A stretch of 58,200 nucleotides of DNA. It comes from Sphaeroforma arctica JP610. Lineage: Eukaryota. Within the stretch, counting starts at the first letter, position 1. Each line of letters opens with the position of its first letter. The stretch spans positions 24,249 to 82,448 of the forward strand of contig NW_014040194.1 in the NCBI RefSeq assembly GCF_001186125.1, written 5' to 3'. Below are positions 56,251-58,200 of the stretch, piece after piece. Made by a program: the position numbers and the translations under genes. The notes below the pieces were generated by a model. That model saw nothing but the letters and a program-made list of their open reading frames with translations, had not been told where the DNA came from and did not search any database.

Positions 56251-58200
56251 TTTTCCGTAACAGTGGTACAAGGTCTCTATGTAATCGTTCGTTCGCGCCT
56301 AAGATTTTAGGTTGGTACGGCGGAGAGACTAGGTGTTGTGCCTAAGACTTTAGGTTGGTACGGCCGAGAGACTAGGTGTTGTGTCGGCGCTTCTTCAACG
56401 ACTTTTGAAAGTATATCGTTAACATATTCAGTGCCTTGGCCAGTCTGTATGGTTTGTGGGAACCCAATTTCACACATGATTGATGCCAGTGTGCGTGCTA
56501 TAGTAGCCGCTGATTTGTCCATTGTTGGTAGTAGTATGGCATACGATGAGTGCACATCTAGCGATACTAGCACATATACGTGTCCTCTATTTTAGTCCGA
56601 TTGGTGGCCCAATGGTGTCTACTTGGACTCTGTCGCCTGGAAATGCGGCTGTTATTGATTGTAAGGGATGGAATTCATTTTTGAGGGGGTTTTTTTTGAG
56701 ACATGGTACGCATCCTTCGATGAATTTGTGTACATGTTGGATCTGAGGCAAATCATGTCCATCTGTTTGCAATTTGCTTACCGATTCCTCAGGGGTGTTG
56801 TGTCCATGTGGTATTGCTCGATGATGTACATGTCTCGTATTCTGTTGCCTGCGGTGCATCTCCAGATTGCAGTAGTTGTGATGCTGCAACGTGTATGGCA
56901 GGTTGTTCCCGCGTTGAGTCAAAGTATGGAGACTTCACTCCGATCTTTGCGACTAATGTGACACCCCATGGGGTCTTGTCACAAGCCTTCTTGCTTTCTT
57001 TGAGGAAAGTATTATTTGTGTTCCCCACTAGCATCGGGTCTTCTTCTAGTAAAGACAAGAATTTTGGAAACCACGTTGCATTGGGGTAGTATGGTACACA
57101 TATCGTGATGCTGGTTGCTTCTTCAATGACTTTGTCAAGGACATCAGGTATGAGTTCCCATGGTGGTTTCGCCCATACATTCACTTCCTGCGCCCACTTT
57201 TTTTGTAGCACATTATGTTCTTTGGTGTAGTATTTATCTGTGTGTGCATTGTGTGCCGATGCAAACAGATCCACTGTGAACTTCCCAAACCGTCTTTCAG
57301 CTTCTTGGTAGAATCTGGGGTTTAACATCAAGTCTATGGCTGATATGGTCATGGGCATGTTTGTTTCCAAGGTGGTGTACTCTTGGCTATTTTGTGTTGT
57401 CTCATTCGCCTTTTGTATTACCTTTGAAGTTTTAGTATTAAAAGTGTCTTCATGTAGACGCGACAACATGTCTGCCATCTGGTTATCCTTGCCTGGGACA
57501 TGTATGAGGGAGAAGTGGTGGTGGAACGTTTTTATAACGTCTGTTGACTGTTTATTTGCGTGAGCGCTTTGTGATCTGTCCACAGTGTTATGTCCCCCCC
57601 TTGATGTATTCAGAGAAATGTTCCAAGCTGTATACCAGTGCTAGTAGCTCTTTAGTATTTGTGCCATAACGTTGTTGTGCTGGATTCAAACCTTTTGAGA
57701 AATAGAGAATGTTTCTTCTAACTCTATCGATGACTTGAAATAAACATCCTCCTATACCATAGTCACTAGCATCATTCATGATTTGAAACGGTACCCTATC
57801 GACAGGGTATGCTAGTACCGCTGAACAGGCGATGGCTTCTTTGAGTTCTTCCCAATTCTTTAGTTCCGGAGTCCATAACATGGATATGTTCTTGTTCATT
57901 TTTCCTTTCATTAGGTTCCGAAAGTGTTTCGATGTGTGGGCAAAGTTGCGGACATGGTCGCGCATGTAATTTGCTAGTCCCACTGCTTTGTGCAGATCTC
58001 TTTTTGTTCTGGGTATTGGCCAGTCCATCATTCTTTTCTGTTTTTCAGGGTCTGCTTTGAGTCACTGTATGGTGACTTTCACCCCGAGAATGTTGACCAC
58101 TTTGACCACGAAGGCACACTTGTTGTGATTGAGTCGGAAGTTTGCTCTATTCAGTCGATTGATTACTTCACGAACTGGCTTGCGGTGTTTCTTTTCTATA
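56250..58200 (-). mobile_element. Ty3/Gypsy copy E (runs off the right edge): RT end, RNase H, Dam-like MTase, H2C2, rve integrase
   Basis: ORF 57588..58031: RH 'FQIMNDASDYGIGGCLFQ..YFSKGLNPAQQRYGTNTKELLALV'. ORF 56789..57583: 'HVPGKDNQMADMLSRL' plus MTase. ORF 56587..56922: 'PHGH..KFIEGCVPC..FPGDRVQVDTIGP'. ORF 56307..56573: 'GFPQTIQTGQGTEYVN..SRPYQPK', continuing as 'GANERLHRDL' after a 43-bp duplication (56298/56341). Confidence 0.92.
56939..57334 (-). CDS. DIRS/Dam-like DNA N6-adenine methyltransferase domain within pol of copy E (frame open, motif IV reads KPPW)
   Basis: DLMLNPRFYQEAERRFGKFTVDLFASAHNAHTDKYYTKEHNVLQKKWAQEVNVWAKPPWELIPDVLDKVIEEATSITICVPYYPNATWFPKFLSLL matches the Dam/DIRS-MT pattern DW.L.P..F.....FG...vDLFAs..N....yy.....l...W.....w.NPP..li..vl.K.......l.vP.wp...Wf. 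Confidence 0.82.

Noticed and set aside
51275..58200. Classifying the MTase-bearing elements as DIRS retrotransposons
   Set aside because: They have an aspartic protease, a Ty3-type RNase H and an H2C2+DDE integrase; no tyrosine-recombinase ORF was recognised.

Overview
Eukaryotic, intron-rich genomic window with GT-AG introns, many (TA)n/(TG)n microsatellites and three 20-N assembly gaps. The gene style suggests a unicellular opisthokont/holozoan such as an ichthyosporean, but this is inference only. The first ~42 kb is a housekeeping block: the 5' exon of a mitochondrial PP2C (PPM1K-like, -), TRAP1/HSP75 (12 exons, +), an MVB12-like MABP+UMA ESCRT-I subunit (7 exons, +), DPH4/DNAJC24 (intronless, -), PGM3/AGM1 (8 exons, +), a possible unknown spliced gene (-) and beta-COP (14 exons, +). 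From ~43.1 kb to the end lies a cluster of at least five decayed, alternately oriented Ty3/Gypsy-type LTR retrotransposon copies (A-E). Main finding: their pol carries a DIRS/Dam-like DNA N6-adenine methyltransferase domain between RNase H and a classical H2C2+DDE integrase (PR-RT-RH-MTase-IN). This domain is normally associated with tyrosine-recombinase DIRS elements, not integrase-using Gypsy elements. Two copies have different single-base changes at the catalytic motif that together point to an ancestral NPPW.
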